In this document: positions 48,547-59,039 of the stretch, in pieces
Position numbering within the stretch: position 1 is the stretch's first letter
Layout: each line of letters starts with the position of its first letter
Virus genome (UHGV): UHGV-0312576
Reading direction: 5' to 3' (one strand)
Source of the DNA: a virus
DNA: 64,000 nt
Notes under the pieces: model-generated
What the model saw: only the letters and a program-made list of their open reading frames with translations
What the model was told of the DNA's origin: nothing
The model's database searches: none
Position numbers and translations under genes: made by a program

Positions 48547-48819
48547 ATGTATGGAATGAAAGAGATAGGGAAATACAATGTTGATTATGAAGGCTTGTCT
48601 TATGATGGAAAAATTCCTTATCAAATGGTTATCATTGCTGAGTTTGATGGAGATAAGGAACTATCAAGGAAAAGGTTTTATTTTAGAGATAATATTGGAT
48701 TAAATAGATTTTATATTATGCCACCATTAGGAACGGAAGAACAGATTGAGGATATTTTACAATATCCTGATAATTCAAAGATCAGAGTATATAATCAGAT
48801 GGTCATTGAAAGAGAATGA
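48547..48819 (+). CDS. hypothetical protein (90 aa)
   Basis: GGGAGG RBS before the MYGMKE start. Confidence 0.5.
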   Translation: MYGMKEIGKYNVDYEGLSYDGKIPYQMVIIAEFDGDKELSRKRFYFRDNIGLNRFYIMPPLGTEEQIEDILQYPDNSKIRVYNQMVIERE

Positions 48820-49095
48820 AAGGTAGATTTCCAGAGGAGTAAAAAAATGGTCTATCAATGGGAATTAGATAAAATTAAAGAATGGAGCACGGAAACAATC
48901 AAAAATTATATATGGTCGGCTGTCAGTGTTGGTCAGCCTGTGCCGGGATGTATATCTGTAGAGGCATTAAGGCAGGAACTTGTAAGCAGAGGGGAAAAAC
49001 CGAAGGGTTATCATAATACATAACAGAATATCGAATAACTGAAGGAAGGTTTAGCAGCCTTCCTTTTATAATACGGAAAATTGGAGGATAAAATT

Positions 49096-49512
49096 ATGTT
49101 AAATATAGCAAAGTTTCAGAACAATTTCAAAGTGACTATTCAAGGCGGAATCAAAATGGTTAACGAGTGGACTAAAGAAGGAGAGGGGAAATTTTGTCAG
49201 TACTCCGGTATGGAATATTATAATGGGAACTTTGATGTAGATATTCATGCTATTAATAGAATTGGTGAGCTGTTACTTGCATATATCAATAAATGCAATT
49301 ATTCAGACTTCAAAGAATCCGATTTATCTATTATAGATAATAGAGTTTCTTGGAGCCAAATAGAAGACGCCGATTGTAATATTTTGGATACAACGGAGGA
49401 ACAAGAGCGGGAAGAAAAGTGTTACATATGCGATTATACCGTATTCGTATCCATCAACGGTATTGAACTAGAAGAATACGATTTAAGAGAAATGCTACCA
49501 AAGGCAAATTAA
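49096..49512 (+). CDS. hypothetical protein (138 aa)
   Basis: GGAGGA RBS before MLNIAKF. Confidence 0.55.
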   Translation: MLNIAKFQNNFKVTIQGGIKMVNEWTKEGEGKFCQYSGMEYYNGNFDVDIHAINRIGELLLAYINKCNYSDFKESDLSIIDNRVSWSQIEDADCNILDTTEEQEREEKCYICDYTVFVSINGIELEEYDLREMLPKAN

Positions 49513-49624
49513 ACCCGAAGAAATTGTGATTTTTTGTGAACAGTTAGAAGGCATTACGGAGAATACATACCGTAGTGCCTTTTATAGTGTCCATAATCGG
49601 CAAAATCATAGGAGGGTAAGGAAT

Positions 49625-49900
49625 ATGTTAAAGGAGATTAAAACAAGCTGCTATGAGCCGTTATATACGCTCACAGAAGCGGAAAAGATTATTGATTTGC
49701 AGAGGTCCAGGAGAAGTAAGAATCAAAAACGAGTAAGTATTTGCTTTTTCAAACAAAGAGCATGTGGTGCTCTAATGATTGTTTTTGGTTGTGTGGTTGC
49801 AGTTATTGACAACACGGCGGGAATGGCTGCTATTGTCTGCATTGCGATAGGTATTGGGCTTGTTATCACTCGCCAGATTGTAATGATGTTTAGGAGGTAA
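49625..49900 (+). CDS. small membrane protein (91 aa)
   Basis: GGAGGG RBS before MLKEIK. C-terminal TM helix 'ALMIVFGCVVAVI...IVCIAIGIGLVI'. Confidence 0.45.
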   Translation: MLKEIKTSCYEPLYTLTEAEKIIDLQRSRRSKNQKRVSICFFKQRACGALMIVFGCVVAVIDNTAGMAAIVCIAIGIGLVITRQIVMMFRR

Positions 49901-50003
49901 CGAGACTATGATTACGGAAATTATTATCACCGGAGTTTGAGGAATATCTGAAGGATAAGAAATGCATACAGTAATTATTATAATCAAATGGAGAGATAAC
50001 ACC

Positions 50004-50252
50004 ATGGATAAGTATTATAGAGCCAGAGTTAGAGCAAGATGGGGTATTGATGAAGTAATGCTATGCGGATATACGTTCCAAGAAGCAATTAAGAGGTTTT
50101 CTAAAGACTGTATTGAATCGGATGATACAGGGTACTTTTTTGATTTGGGGAATGCTGATATAAGCAGTATGGAAGATAACGAACATATTTACTATGTGGA
50201 TGATTTGCGTGGAAAATATGCGATAGAGATTGAGTCATTTGAGGTGAACTAA
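50004..50252 (+). CDS. hypothetical protein (82 aa)
   Basis: GGAGAG RBS before MDKYY. Confidence 0.5.
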   Translation: MDKYYRARVRARWGIDEVMLCGYTFQEAIKRFSKDCIESDDTGYFFDLGNADISSMEDNEHIYYVDDLRGKYAIEIESFEVN

Positions 50253-50290
50253 CAAAAAGCAATTTCATTTGAAGGATGGAGGCAAATATT

Positions 50291-50788
50291 ATGACGATGC
50301 AAGAATGTATTTTGACAAAACTTTTAGATTGTGGTAGTGCTGATTTATCACTTCTTGAAGACATAAATTATGATTTAGATGAAATTCTGGACGGTCTTAT
50401 GAAAAATGGAGATTTGAGCATAAATAGTCTGTTTAGGGAAGTGTTCAGAACTGGGGCAATGGAATTAAAAGAAGAATTTGAATTGCAGAAAGATTATATA
50501 GAAGAGAGGATAAAAGAGGAGCTAGAAGAAGTAAGGAAAGAATGCATTGAGTACGGATTGATGACAGAGGAACAAATTGAAGAAGATCAAGATTATATAA
50601 AACTTGTTACTGACTTGGAATTGTTACATAGTGATGAGTTAAATCCAGAAGAGGATATTGAATGTTACTGCAACTATATGGACACTCATGTTTTTCTGAA
50701 ACATATTGATTTTTATAGAAAGTGGATGGAGTCAGAAGTTAATGATATCGAAGATAAAATGGGGTGGGAATTTAAAAACATAGCGTAA
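50291..50788 (+). CDS. highly acidic hypothetical protein (DNA-mimic-like composition)
   Basis: GGATGGAGG RBS. Very D/E-rich (EEFELQKDYIEERIKEELEEVRKE...EEQIEEDQDY). Confidence 0.55.
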   Translation: MTMQECILTKLLDCGSADLSLLEDINYDLDEILDGLMKNGDLSINSLFREVFRTGAMELKEEFELQKDYIEERIKEELEEVRKECIEYGLMTEEQIEEDQDYIKLVTDLELLHSDELNPEEDIECYCNYMDTHVFLKHIDFYRKWMESEVNDIEDKMGWEFKNIA

Positions 50789-50829
50789 GAAATTCACATT
50801 TCAAGCCTATTTCATGGAGGAGATACATA

Positions 50830-51051
50830 ATGGATATAAATAAATTCTGCGTTAATGATAAGACATGTGGAAGTTGTTGGGGAACTCTAGTTGCTTTTGA
50901 CAAACTGGAAGAACTTATTTCTTATGAAAACTGCAAAATGGAATTTCAGCAAAGGTTGTATGAATGGAACGGCAAATTATATCTTTGGTTTAAAGATATG
51001 AGCAAAGATCCTGACGGGCTTACAGGTGATAATTATTTTATAGAAATATAA
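50830..51051 (+). CDS. hypothetical protein (73 aa)
   Basis: GGAGGAG RBS. Confidence 0.45.
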   Translation: MDINKFCVNDKTCGSCWGTLVAFDKLEELISYENCKMEFQQRLYEWNGKLYLWFKDMSKDPDGLTGDNYFIEI

Positions 51052-51152
51052 ATATAAAGTAGGGAAGTTTCATAGTGGGAAGACTTATGTGGCTATGATG
51101 GGACTAATAAGCGTTGGATGCATCAAAGTTTAGTGAAAAACAGGAGCAAAAT

Positions 51153-51374
51153 ATGAGTTATTACAAGAATTGGAAGTGTTATAGTTATGGTCTTTGGGGT
51201 AGTACACAAGAATTTGAATATCAGACTCTTAAAGAATATTTTGATATTGACGGAAGTGATGTGGCTTTTTGTAAAAAAGATATTTTAGAATATAAAGCCA
51301 ATAATTATTATCAAATAGAAGCAGGTGGGAAGCTTAATGGAAAAGCGTATGGGTTTGTAATTATGCTTAAATAA
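51153..51374 (+). CDS. hypothetical protein (73 aa)
   Basis: Internal start MSYYKNW with a CAGGAGC RBS. Confidence 0.45.
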   Translation: MSYYKNWKCYSYGLWGSTQEFEYQTLKEYFDIDGSDVAFCKKDILEYKANNYYQIEAGGKLNGKAYGFVIMLK

Positions 51375-51397
51375 AGAACAAAGGGAGTTAGAAGATT

Positions 51398-51727
51398 ATG
51401 AAAACAGTTAGATGTTATAGAAAATATGGAGAATTAAAAAAAGAAATATCCTCTGGTCACTATGATATATCTATGGATTCTGTGGGACAGTTAATAAATT
51501 ATCCACTTGGATATAGCACAGACATTACGATAAGGGATTATGACGGAACTATGTGCATTGATTATGATGTATACAAAAACGATGAACATGGAAAGGTTCT
51601 CGAATACCTTGACGGTGGGAAGGTTTGTGATGTTTCCCAAATGCCTTTTACAGATAAAGGATTTTGGAGATTAATTAAAAGGAATATAAAAGATCATTTA
51701 AAACTACATAGAATATTGTTCCAATAA
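51398..51727 (+). CDS. hypothetical protein (109 aa)
   Basis: AAGGGAG RBS. Confidence 0.5.
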   Translation: MKTVRCYRKYGELKKEISSGHYDISMDSVGQLINYPLGYSTDITIRDYDGTMCIDYDVYKNDEHGKVLEYLDGGKVCDVSQMPFTDKGFWRLIKRNIKDHLKLHRILFQ

Positions 51728-51759
51728 CTTATCAATTAAATAGTGAAAGGGGTTACATA

Positions 51760-51948
51760 GTGGCACGGGTAAAATATATGAACAAAGAACAGAAGAAGCA
51801 ATACAATCTTTCACAGTATCCTAATTTTTCTGTGACTGGAAGTATTTATGGAATGAAGAAACTGTATTGCGGTATGGACGCACTTTTAGTAAGAAGTGGT
51901 TCATGGATTTATCGTGTGCCGGAGAGCGTTTATAATGTAGCACATTGA
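51760..51948 (+). CDS. hypothetical protein (62 aa)
   Basis: Small ORF with a GAAAGGGG RBS. Confidence 0.4.
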   Translation: MARVKYMNKEQKKQYNLSQYPNFSVTGSIYGMKKLYCGMDALLVRSGSWIYRVPESVYNVAH

Positions 51949-51962
51949 ATGGAGGAAATAAC

Positions 51963-52226
51963 ATGACAGATTGGACATTAGAAATGATTGAGGAAGTAGA
52001 AAAACTTAATGTTAATACACCATACGGACAGATTATTGATGCAGACACTATTTTAGTAGATGCATTACAAACAAATGATTTTGAGCTTTCAGGTATCGCT
52101 CAAGATATATTCAATATTTACAAAGAAAGTCAAGATAAGCCATCTGTAAAGAAAATATTTTATGAATTTGTGGGAGTGGAATTTGACGAATATCTTATGA
52201 AATGTCAAAAGGAAATAAGCAGATGA
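51963..52226 (+). CDS. hypothetical protein (87 aa)
   Basis: AATGGAGGAAA RBS before MTDWTL. Confidence 0.5.
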   Translation: MTDWTLEMIEEVEKLNVNTPYGQIIDADTILVDALQTNDFELSGIAQDIFNIYKESQDKPSVKKIFYEFVGVEFDEYLMKCQKEISR

Positions 52227-52279
52227 ATCAATGATTTGATGGGAGAATATAAGGTTATAAAATTTTTGGAGGATGGATT

Positions 52280-52546
52280 ATGTTTATAGAACTGTATTGC
52301 AAAAAGGCATTTGAAGATTTGCTGGGACATTTCGTAGTTGGAGATATTTATAGTGGCAACCTTGATATTAGAGATGAATCCATGTTCAAGTTTCACCTCA
52401 ATTGGATATTGAGACATGTAAATAACGGAGATTTTAAAATTGTTGCTCCTTGGAAATATACAAAAGCACATATTAATCAAGATTTAATAAATAACAGATA
52501 TGTAGTTCCTTTGATTGAATATTGTGAAGCATTTTATAACAAATGA
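52280..52546 (+). CDS. hypothetical protein (88 aa)
   Basis: TTGGAGGATGG RBS. Confidence 0.5.
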   Translation: MFIELYCKKAFEDLLGHFVVGDIYSGNLDIRDESMFKFHLNWILRHVNNGDFKIVAPWKYTKAHINQDLINNRYVVPLIEYCEAFYNK

Positions 52547-52584
52547 AATGTACCATTCAGGGTATAGGAAGCGAGGGAAGAATT

Positions 52585-52764
52585 ATGAGTAAGGAAGAAA
52601 AAATTGAATTAAGTTTCACTGATGATATTGGATATACAGCATTTTCAGTATATAGAACGTGGTATGAAAAACAACATTTAACAAATGCGGAAAAGTTATA
52701 TCACTTGGCATGTGCTGATGATGAAAGTGATTTAATAGATTGTACAGGAAAATACTACGAATGA
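52585..52764 (+). CDS. hypothetical protein (59 aa)
   Basis: GCGAGGGAAG RBS before MSKEEK. Confidence 0.4.
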   Translation: MSKEEKIELSFTDDIGYTAFSVYRTWYEKQHLTNAEKLYHLACADDESDLIDCTGKYYE

Positions 52765-52819
52765 TGTCTTTCATCATTTTATTAAATAAGGAGACGGTTA
52801 AAGAACGGAGAGATGCAAT

Positions 52820-53011
52820 ATGAATGAATTTCATTTAGAATTGGAATTTAATACCGACACAGATAATGTTGGTTTCCTATCAATATCACAAGTTGGATTA
52901 AAGAAAGGTAAGAAATATAGAGAGAAACAAAAGTCTTATTACACAGAAAATTTGAACAAACAATTTATTGTTGATTCGGTAGAAAACTTTGTGAATGAGA
53001 AGTTGTCGTAA
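52820..53011 (+). CDS. hypothetical protein (63 aa)
   Basis: ACGGAGAG RBS. Confidence 0.4.
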   Translation: MNEFHLELEFNTDTDNVGFLSISQVGLKKGKKYREKQKSYYTENLNKQFIVDSVENFVNEKLS

Positions 53012-53046
53012 TAGGAAATGCACGTTTACAGAGTGGAGGTGCATAA

Positions 53047-53271
53047 ATGAGAAGTCCAATGAGCAGCAACTTGGTATGTTTAATAGAACAAGCCATTGAT
53101 GATTGTTACTTCAAAGGTGAGGGACGTGTTAATGATGAGAAAGGGTTATCTATTTATGCTGAGTGGACAGATAGTAAAAATGAAGGATATTCAGTCATGT
53201 TAATTACCATAAAGGAAAATGGCATTGTGAGATTTTCATATTGTGATTATGGAACACAATGTGCTAATTGA
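53047..53271 (+). CDS. hypothetical protein (74 aa)
   Basis: GTGGAGGTG RBS. Confidence 0.45.
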   Translation: MRSPMSSNLVCLIEQAIDDCYFKGEGRVNDEKGLSIYAEWTDSKNEGYSVMLITIKENGIVRFSYCDYGTQCAN

Positions 53272-53303
53272 GAGTAAGGGTTTTAGAAAGGAAGCGACGG
53301 AAT

Positions 53304-53486
53304 ATGAAAGATTATTTGATTATTTTGAATATGGGAAAAGACTATAAACTCCCTTTACATTTAAAATCCCATAACCACGCGGAGGCTCTCTTGAAGGCAA
53401 GTGAGTTTTGTGTAACTGAGGGATACTACCCAATGGGTATAGATGTAATCTTATTGCACAGCAATATAGGTATTATAGAAATTTAG
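53304..53486 (+). CDS. hypothetical protein (60 aa)
   Basis: GAAAGGAAG RBS before MKDYLI. Confidence 0.4.
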   Translation: MKDYLIILNMGKDYKLPLHLKSHNHAEALLKASEFCVTEGYYPMGIDVILLHSNIGIIEI

Positions 53487-53633
53487 CAATGATGGTGGTG
53501 GCAATCAGAGAATATATATCTGGTTGCTTTTATTTTTGCTCAGAAAGGGAATTAGTATGATGACATATATTTACTGTGCAATAATTGAATTGGAAAACAA
53601 GAGTATATAGAGAAAAGAGAGGTGGAACCTATA

Positions 53634-53981
53634 ATGAAATTTTATCATGAATCAGTTGGTGAATGCGTAAACCAGGTTTATGAAATAAATGCAGACACCT
53701 GGGAAGATGCCAAAAAGAAGGCTTTCAATGATATGGCCGTTGGGGACTATATTGCAATGTGTGATGAAAATGCGGTAAAAGAATGCGATAACTGGAGAGA
53801 TTATCATTACATAGATGAGGAAATGTGCGAGAAATATGCACGATTAGGGAAGGGATGCTGGGCAACTTATTTGAATTCTGATATTGAATACTGGGAAGAA
53901 CGTGTTTATTCATTTTCAGATGCTCCAGACACATATTTAGATAGTAACGGTGACGTGTTTGACGATTGGAAACACGTTTAA
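53634..53981 (+). CDS. hypothetical protein (115 aa), acidic and Cys/Trp-containing
   Basis: GAGAGGTGG RBS before MKFYHE. Confidence 0.5.
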   Translation: MKFYHESVGECVNQVYEINADTWEDAKKKAFNDMAVGDYIAMCDENAVKECDNWRDYHYIDEEMCEKYARLGKGCWATYLNSDIEYWEERVYSFSDAPDTYLDSNGDVFDDWKHV

Positions 53982-54013
53982 AATATACTTTTCGAGCGAA
54001 GAAGGAGAGAAAT

Positions 54014-54232
54014 ATGTACAAAGTAAAATATACAGACAGTACGGGAAACAACGATAGTATTCAAGATTATTTAACTAAGAAAGAAGCTATAGAAGCGATT
54101 GATTACGAGTTAGATGAAGTGAAGGAATATTTTAAAGGGAGAAACTACGACTATGGAGAATCGGGGAATAAAACAGAAATATGGGATAAAGATGGAAGTG
54201 AGTATGCTTGTTGGGAAATAATTCAAAAATAG
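54014..54232 (+). CDS. hypothetical protein (72 aa)
   Basis: GAAGGAGAG RBS before MYKVKY. Confidence 0.45.
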   Translation: MYKVKYTDSTGNNDSIQDYLTKKEAIEAIDYELDEVKEYFKGRNYDYGESGNKTEIWDKDGSEYACWEIIQK

Positions 54233-54567
54233 AAAAAAATATTGAAAGTTAATCTATAGAGAAGAAATCTGGCACTGGTTTGAGGAAGCATTTAATGTGA
54301 GTGTTGCAGAGGATTTAATGGGCATGTAAACGGAGAATTACATAGTATCAAGAAAAGATGGAGGAAACAAAATGAGCTATAAAAATCTTAAGCCAGAAGA
54401 GGTAATAGAACGGATTCAGGATTTACAGGACTATTTGATGGGAAAACGACAAGAACCAAAATTCCCTTGTTCTGAAATTCTCGGAGCATTAGAATATGCA
54501 AAAGAAACCGTAAGTGTTTTGAAGAGAGCATGAAATACATGTTTGCTGGGAAGGTGAGGATAAAATT

Positions 54568-55158
54568 ATGAATAGAAAATATGACATGAGAATTTGTAAA
54601 TGCGGAAGAATACATATGATTCCGACTGAGAAAATTGAAAAAGCATTGGAAGATAATAAAAATCTTCTTCTTATCTGTGCCGGATGTGGAGCTGCTACAT
54701 TAATAGGGGCAGATATACAGCCGGATTGGGATGAACCAGACAAGGATTGCTATATGATGTATGCCAGTGATTTTTCAAGCTATAAGGATGTGAGCATTAA
54801 TGTATTAGATTTTGATAAGACAGAAGATTTAAAAGGGATTGAAGAAATCTATTACAGTCACGGTCAGAAAGTTCCTATGATGACGGGACAGTATGCAACT
54901 GACTATTTTAATGGGAGATTTTCTGATAGGTGGTATCCAGACTTTTACAAAATTCAGAGAAAAGATATAACAGTTGAAGAAATAATGAAGTTTATTGACG
55001 AATATAAGCATGATAGAACTACTGTAAATATGGACTGGTTTATCAAACAGACGCCAGAGGACATGTTGTTTGAGATTTCCTGTTATATGATTGATGGGTT
55101 TGACTGGAGTGGCACAAAATTTGAAAACGGATGGAATAGTAAACAAAAGGAGAGTTGA
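54568..55158 (+). CDS. zinc-ribbon-containing hypothetical protein (196 aa)
   Basis: N-terminal 'CKCGRIH...CAGCG' (Cx2C...Cx2C). AAGGTGAGG RBS. Confidence 0.55.
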   Translation: MNRKYDMRICKCGRIHMIPTEKIEKALEDNKNLLLICAGCGAATLIGADIQPDWDEPDKDCYMMYASDFSSYKDVSINVLDFDKTEDLKGIEEIYYSHGQKVPMMTGQYATDYFNGRFSDRWYPDFYKIQRKDITVEEIMKFIDEYKHDRTTVNMDWFIKQTPEDMLFEISCYMIDGFDWSGTKFENGWNSKQKES

Positions 55159-55162
55159 GTAT

Positions 55163-55690
55163 ATGTTATCTTTGAAGCAGTCAAATATTATCAAAGAACA
55201 GTTACGACAGGAGAACGCTCATGAATTTGTTGAAAACCTAATCATGAGCTATGCGACGGATACAAACAGAATCGGAGAGCTGCTTGCCTTGATTCCTCGA
55301 ATTGCGGATCGGCAGCTTCAGATTAAACAGAAACAGATTCAGGAATACGTCTTTGCATATAACCTGTTACTTGGAGAAAGACTCAGATGTAAATCTAAAG
55401 CCGGGAAAGTATATAGGCCGGAATTTACAACACTTCTATATGGTTGTAAGGCGCACTTTCCGAATAGCTCCGGTGACGGAGGAAGTCAGGTAGAACAAGA
55501 ATTCTTTTCTGAGTTCATTGAGATTGTAAAGAACAAGGATGGGTTTGACTACGAAAAAGAAGAAGACTGGGAGTGGATTTGTAACACGGCGGATTGCAGG
55601 GAATGGATGCTAGAGGTTATTAAACGGTATATTGATGTTGATTTTGTTGAACCAGAAGTGAGGGTAAGGAGCTACAGAGGAAGGAGATAA
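55163..55690 (+). CDS. hypothetical protein (175 aa)
   Basis: AAAAGGAGAG RBS before MLSLKQ. Confidence 0.5.
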   Translation: MLSLKQSNIIKEQLRQENAHEFVENLIMSYATDTNRIGELLALIPRIADRQLQIKQKQIQEYVFAYNLLLGERLRCKSKAGKVYRPEFTTLLYGCKAHFPNSSGDGGSQVEQEFFSEFIEIVKNKDGFDYEKEEDWEWICNTADCREWMLEVIKRYIDVDFVEPEVRVRSYRGRR

Positions 55691-55695
55691 ATGAT

Positions 55696-55881
55696 ATGCC
55701 GATATTTGAATTTTGGTTAGGAACCGAAGATACGGACAGATTGTTTTCTGTTAAGGCAGCACAGGGTAAGACAGATTTGACTGCTAACGATTTTGCACAG
55801 GAATTGTTAGAGAATGAATTACATAGGCTTCACCCTGGTGTGGTGAGATATGACGAAAATGGAGAGGAAATCAGAAGATGA
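55696..55881 (+). CDS. hypothetical protein (61 aa)
   Basis: AGGAAGGAG RBS. Confidence 0.4.
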   Translation: MPIFEFWLGTEDTDRLFSVKAAQGKTDLTANDFAQELLENELHRLHPGVVRYDENGEEIRR

Positions 55882-56080
55882 ATTAGAAGAGGTACAGAGG
55901 CCGGGAGGAGGACGATTAATGCAGAGTGAGTTTAATAAAGGTGCCGCGTATGCAAGAGATTGCATTTTAGCCAAAACTATGGAGAGATGCATGCGCAATT
56001 TAAAGGATAAAACACAAGTTTATAAGGGAGAGGTAAAAGTATGTTTGGAGTATATTTTAATAGATATGATAATGAATTAG
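55850..56080 (+). CDS. hypothetical protein (76 aa)
   Basis: Overlaps its neighbours by a few codons. Uncertain. Confidence 0.4.
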   Translation: MTKMERKSEDELEEVQRPGGGRLMQSEFNKGAAYARDCILAKTMERCMRNLKDKTQVYKGEVKVCLEYILIDMIMN

Positions 56081-56307
56081 AAATTTATAAAATTTTTTCA
56101 GATGGAAGCCGTAGAAAAGTTGCGATATTATATGAAAAGAACGATTTTGTTCATGTTGATATAAGGGCAAATAATTTCCTTTGTGTTATAGCATTGGAAA
56201 ATAAATACGGCTTTTTTAGTCATAACATGAACGGTGTAAGTTTGAACGTATTATATTCGGATTGTATTGATAAGGGGATGAAAGATTTGGGTGATAATGA
56301 AAACTGA
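56041..56307 (+). CDS. hypothetical protein (88 aa)
   Basis: AAGGGAGAGG RBS. Confidence 0.45.
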   Translation: MFGVYFNRYDNELEIYKIFSDGSRRKVAILYEKNDFVHVDIRANNFLCVIALENKYGFFSHNMNGVSLNVLYSDCIDKGMKDLGDNEN

Positions 56308-56390
56308 TGAAACATAGGTTTCTAGGCAGCTTACAATAATGTAGGCTGTTTATGTTTGTGATATTACAACTTATGAAGGAGGAGAAAGAG

Positions 56391-56648
56391 ATGATCCGAG
56401 AAATATATGAGGGCGATTTTCGACCTGTGGACAATATGGGAATGTCGGAGGAATATCAGGAGAAGCGTCAGGCTGCTTATGAGTTGGGCAAACAATTTAT
56501 GGATAAGCTTGAACCAGATGATATGGATGTGCTTTCAAAGATTCTGGAAGCGCATATGGAAGTGTTGGTAGCTGGAATGAAGGAAGGATATATCGCTGGA
56601 TTCAGTGATGGGATTAGGCTTGTAATAGAGGCTGTGAGTAGGAAATAG
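56391..56648 (+). CDS. hypothetical protein (85 aa)
   Basis: GAAGGAGGAG RBS before MIREIY. Confidence 0.45.
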   Translation: MIREIYEGDFRPVDNMGMSEEYQEKRQAAYELGKQFMDKLEPDDMDVLSKILEAHMEVLVAGMKEGYIAGFSDGIRLVIEAVSRK

Positions 56649-56709
56649 TTTGTGATTTACTTTGAATTTTGGTATAATACATGTTATTGAAACAGTGTTT
56701 AAGGAAAGG

Positions 56710-56952
56710 ATGGTACAAAATATGGAACTGATTGCATCAATTATTCTTATAGCTATAACATGGGCTGTTATAAAGGCTCCAAGTCATGAAGCACACAATC
56801 GGCTGTGTCCACCAGGGAAGAGGTTGGATTACACTCAGATGGGCGTTGATCGGTCGAATGGTATGTCACAGAGAGATATTGATATTAAGACAAATAACGG
56901 AGGGTACGATGTCCCTAATAATATTCATACGACTCCGGCGAAAAAGAGGTAG
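56710..56952 (+). CDS. small membrane protein (80 aa)
   Basis: TM helix 'LIASIILIAITWAVI'. Confidence 0.4.
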   Translation: MVQNMELIASIILIAITWAVIKAPSHEAHNRLCPPGKRLDYTQMGVDRSNGMSQRDIDIKTNNGGYDVPNNIHTTPAKKR

Positions 56953-57214
56953 GTTACAATAGAGGCCACTGGATGAAAATCTGGTGGCTTTTATGATGGA
57001 AAAATTGTATAATGGGAGTGAAATATGTCATGAACAGGAATGTTTATAATATTATAGCAGCTTTTGAGAGTAATGGCAGGAAGATGTTAATTATCTGAAT
57101 GAGTGGGGCTACATGCATAATGCCTGAAGAAGAATATAATCGTATTATTATTACTGAGAGGAAATATTTTAGTGAAGAGAAAATAGCATAATGATAGTTG
57201 ATAGGAGGGCATAT

Positions 57215-57781
57215 ATGCCTGGATATATGGTTTACTGGCCAAAGGATCGAGTAGAAGAGATAAAAAGGGCTGGAGATGTAGGACCTATTAAAGTGGTTTT
57301 GGGTAGTATACATTTACGAATGCCAACGATTGTTTCAATCAAAGAAGGGGATGTTGTCTTTCCAGTAACACTAATAGATAAACATTTATACATAATGGCT
57401 CGTCTACCTGTAGAGCATCGTGAAGGAGCTTATGATTACCTTGTGCGCGAGTTGGGAAATCAGTGTAGTGCATTAGTTCCTGATGGGGTGGATTGGGATC
57501 TATATTATCAAACTCCATTTAAACCGTATTTGGAGCATCAGAGGCCATTCAACTGTTGCTCTGAATGGGCTGTTTGGGGAGAACAAGGCTCTAGTATTGA
57601 ACCTCGCCAGTTACCAGATGAGCTTTTATCTGAGTTGCGATTCGGATATCCTAAAAGCAAAGAAAAAGGACTGCGTTTTGATAAAAATGGTAATATACCG
57701 TCGTCTTGCTTGTGCTCTACTAGACGTTTGAGTTCAGAAACGTTTGAGATATTCGAGGCATTATTTAAAGATAGGCAATAG
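57215..57781 (+). CDS. hypothetical protein (188 aa), GC-richer moron-like gene
   Basis: GATAGGAGGG RBS before MPGYMV. No recognisable motif. Confidence 0.5.
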   Translation: MPGYMVYWPKDRVEEIKRAGDVGPIKVVLGSIHLRMPTIVSIKEGDVVFPVTLIDKHLYIMARLPVEHREGAYDYLVRELGNQCSALVPDGVDWDLYYQTPFKPYLEHQRPFNCCSEWAVWGEQGSSIEPRQLPDELLSELRFGYPKSKEKGLRFDKNGNIPSSCLCSTRRLSSETFEIFEALFKDRQ

Positions 57782-57821
57782 GTAAAGAAAGGATTATTTC
57801 ATGGGAGGAATATAGAAGCAT

Positions 57822-58100
57822 ATGGAAAAAATTGCGATGGGACACTTAAACAATAAGGTTTTATATTATTATATTCACATTAACAAAGAGAACCCCCAAA
57901 ATGTTAATATCTATATGGCACAACCTGGAGAATCGTTAGACTACAATGAAGAACCACTCACAGAAAATGTGGAACCGGAACATGTAGCAGAAATTATAAG
58001 TACTGTAGATGCAGATATGCGCGGAGACAATCAAGAACAATGCGTTTTTGTTAAAGTGTATGACACAAAGAAAAAGAAGTTTGTTCAGATATTAAAATAG
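57822..58100 (+). CDS. hypothetical protein (92 aa)
   Basis: Small ORF. Confidence 0.45.
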   Translation: MEKIAMGHLNNKVLYYYIHINKENPQNVNIYMAQPGESLDYNEEPLTENVEPEHVAEIISTVDADMRGDNQEQCVFVKVYDTKKKKFVQILK

Positions 58101-58411
58101 CAGGAAATGATTGATGTGCGAGATGTGATACACCAGTGCAAGGACATACATATAAGACCAAAAAAGATTGAATTATTAGATTAATAGGAAAAGAGTGAGT
58201 ATATATTGATAAAGAATTGCAAAACGTGTAGATGGGCAGGATGTAAGAACTATGGCAAAAATATGGGGTCTTGTGAGCGCTACATTCCATCCTTGGAAGA
58301 AGAAAAAAGAGAAAAAGACATTAGATTATCACTTATATCTGAAGTGATTAATGAAAGTGATATACCAGAAGAAATACGTTGAAATAATAGATTCAAGGGA
58401 GATAAAATAAA

Positions 58412-58663
58412 ATGAATAACAATATGAAATGGTGTGTATGTAAATTTTATTATTCTACAAAGAATACAATTACAGAATGCGAATCGAAAGAAGAAGCAAT
58501 GAGGTTTGCCAATGATGGAAAGCAAAAAGCAATGGATGATGAATCGGTAGTAAGATATTTTGTTGCATTATTGAATAAGACAGAAGACGGATATGAAAGA
58601 GATCCCAAACATCCTAGCGCTTTGAACTTTTATGAGATGATAGATGTTTTAAAAGAGAAGTAG
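58412..58663 (+). CDS. hypothetical protein (83 aa)
   Basis: GGGAGATAAAATAAA-ATG. Confidence 0.45.
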   Translation: MNNNMKWCVCKFYYSTKNTITECESKEEAMRFANDGKQKAMDDESVVRYFVALLNKTEDGYERDPKHPSALNFYEMIDVLKEK

Positions 58664-58697
58664 CATGAAATTTGAGTTTACAGGGAGGAAATTTTAG

Positions 58698-59003
58698 ATG
58701 ATTAAGGAGTTTGTGAATTACATTAGTTCAAAAGAAGCATCAGATGATACTATAAAAGATTATCAGTTAGCATTGAATAAAATTGAAAGTGACTGTAATC
58801 AGGATCTAAATAACATTTCGCAGGATACTTTAAAAGAATACATCCACAGAATGAAAAGTGCTGGTCTGACTCTGACAACTGTAAAGCATAGATTTTATAT
58901 ACTATTGGCCTACTATAAATGGGCAGTTGCCAGTAAATATATTGATGTAAATCCTGTTGAAGGAATTATGAGTGAAGTTGATAAGTGGTATGCAATGGCA
59001 TAA
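58698..59003 (+). CDS. stand-alone phage-integrase N-terminal SAM-like (core-binding) domain protein
   Basis: 101 aa. 'TIKDYQLALNKI...LKEYIHRMKSAGLTLTTVKHRFYILLAYYKWAV' matches the Phage_int_SAM fold. No catalytic domain attached. Confidence 0.5.
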   Translation: MIKEFVNYISSKEASDDTIKDYQLALNKIESDCNQDLNNISQDTLKEYIHRMKSAGLTLTTVKHRFYILLAYYKWAVASKYIDVNPVEGIMSEVDKWYAMA

Positions 59004-59039
59004 AATCTAAGTTTCTTCAAATATGATGATTGGAGGATT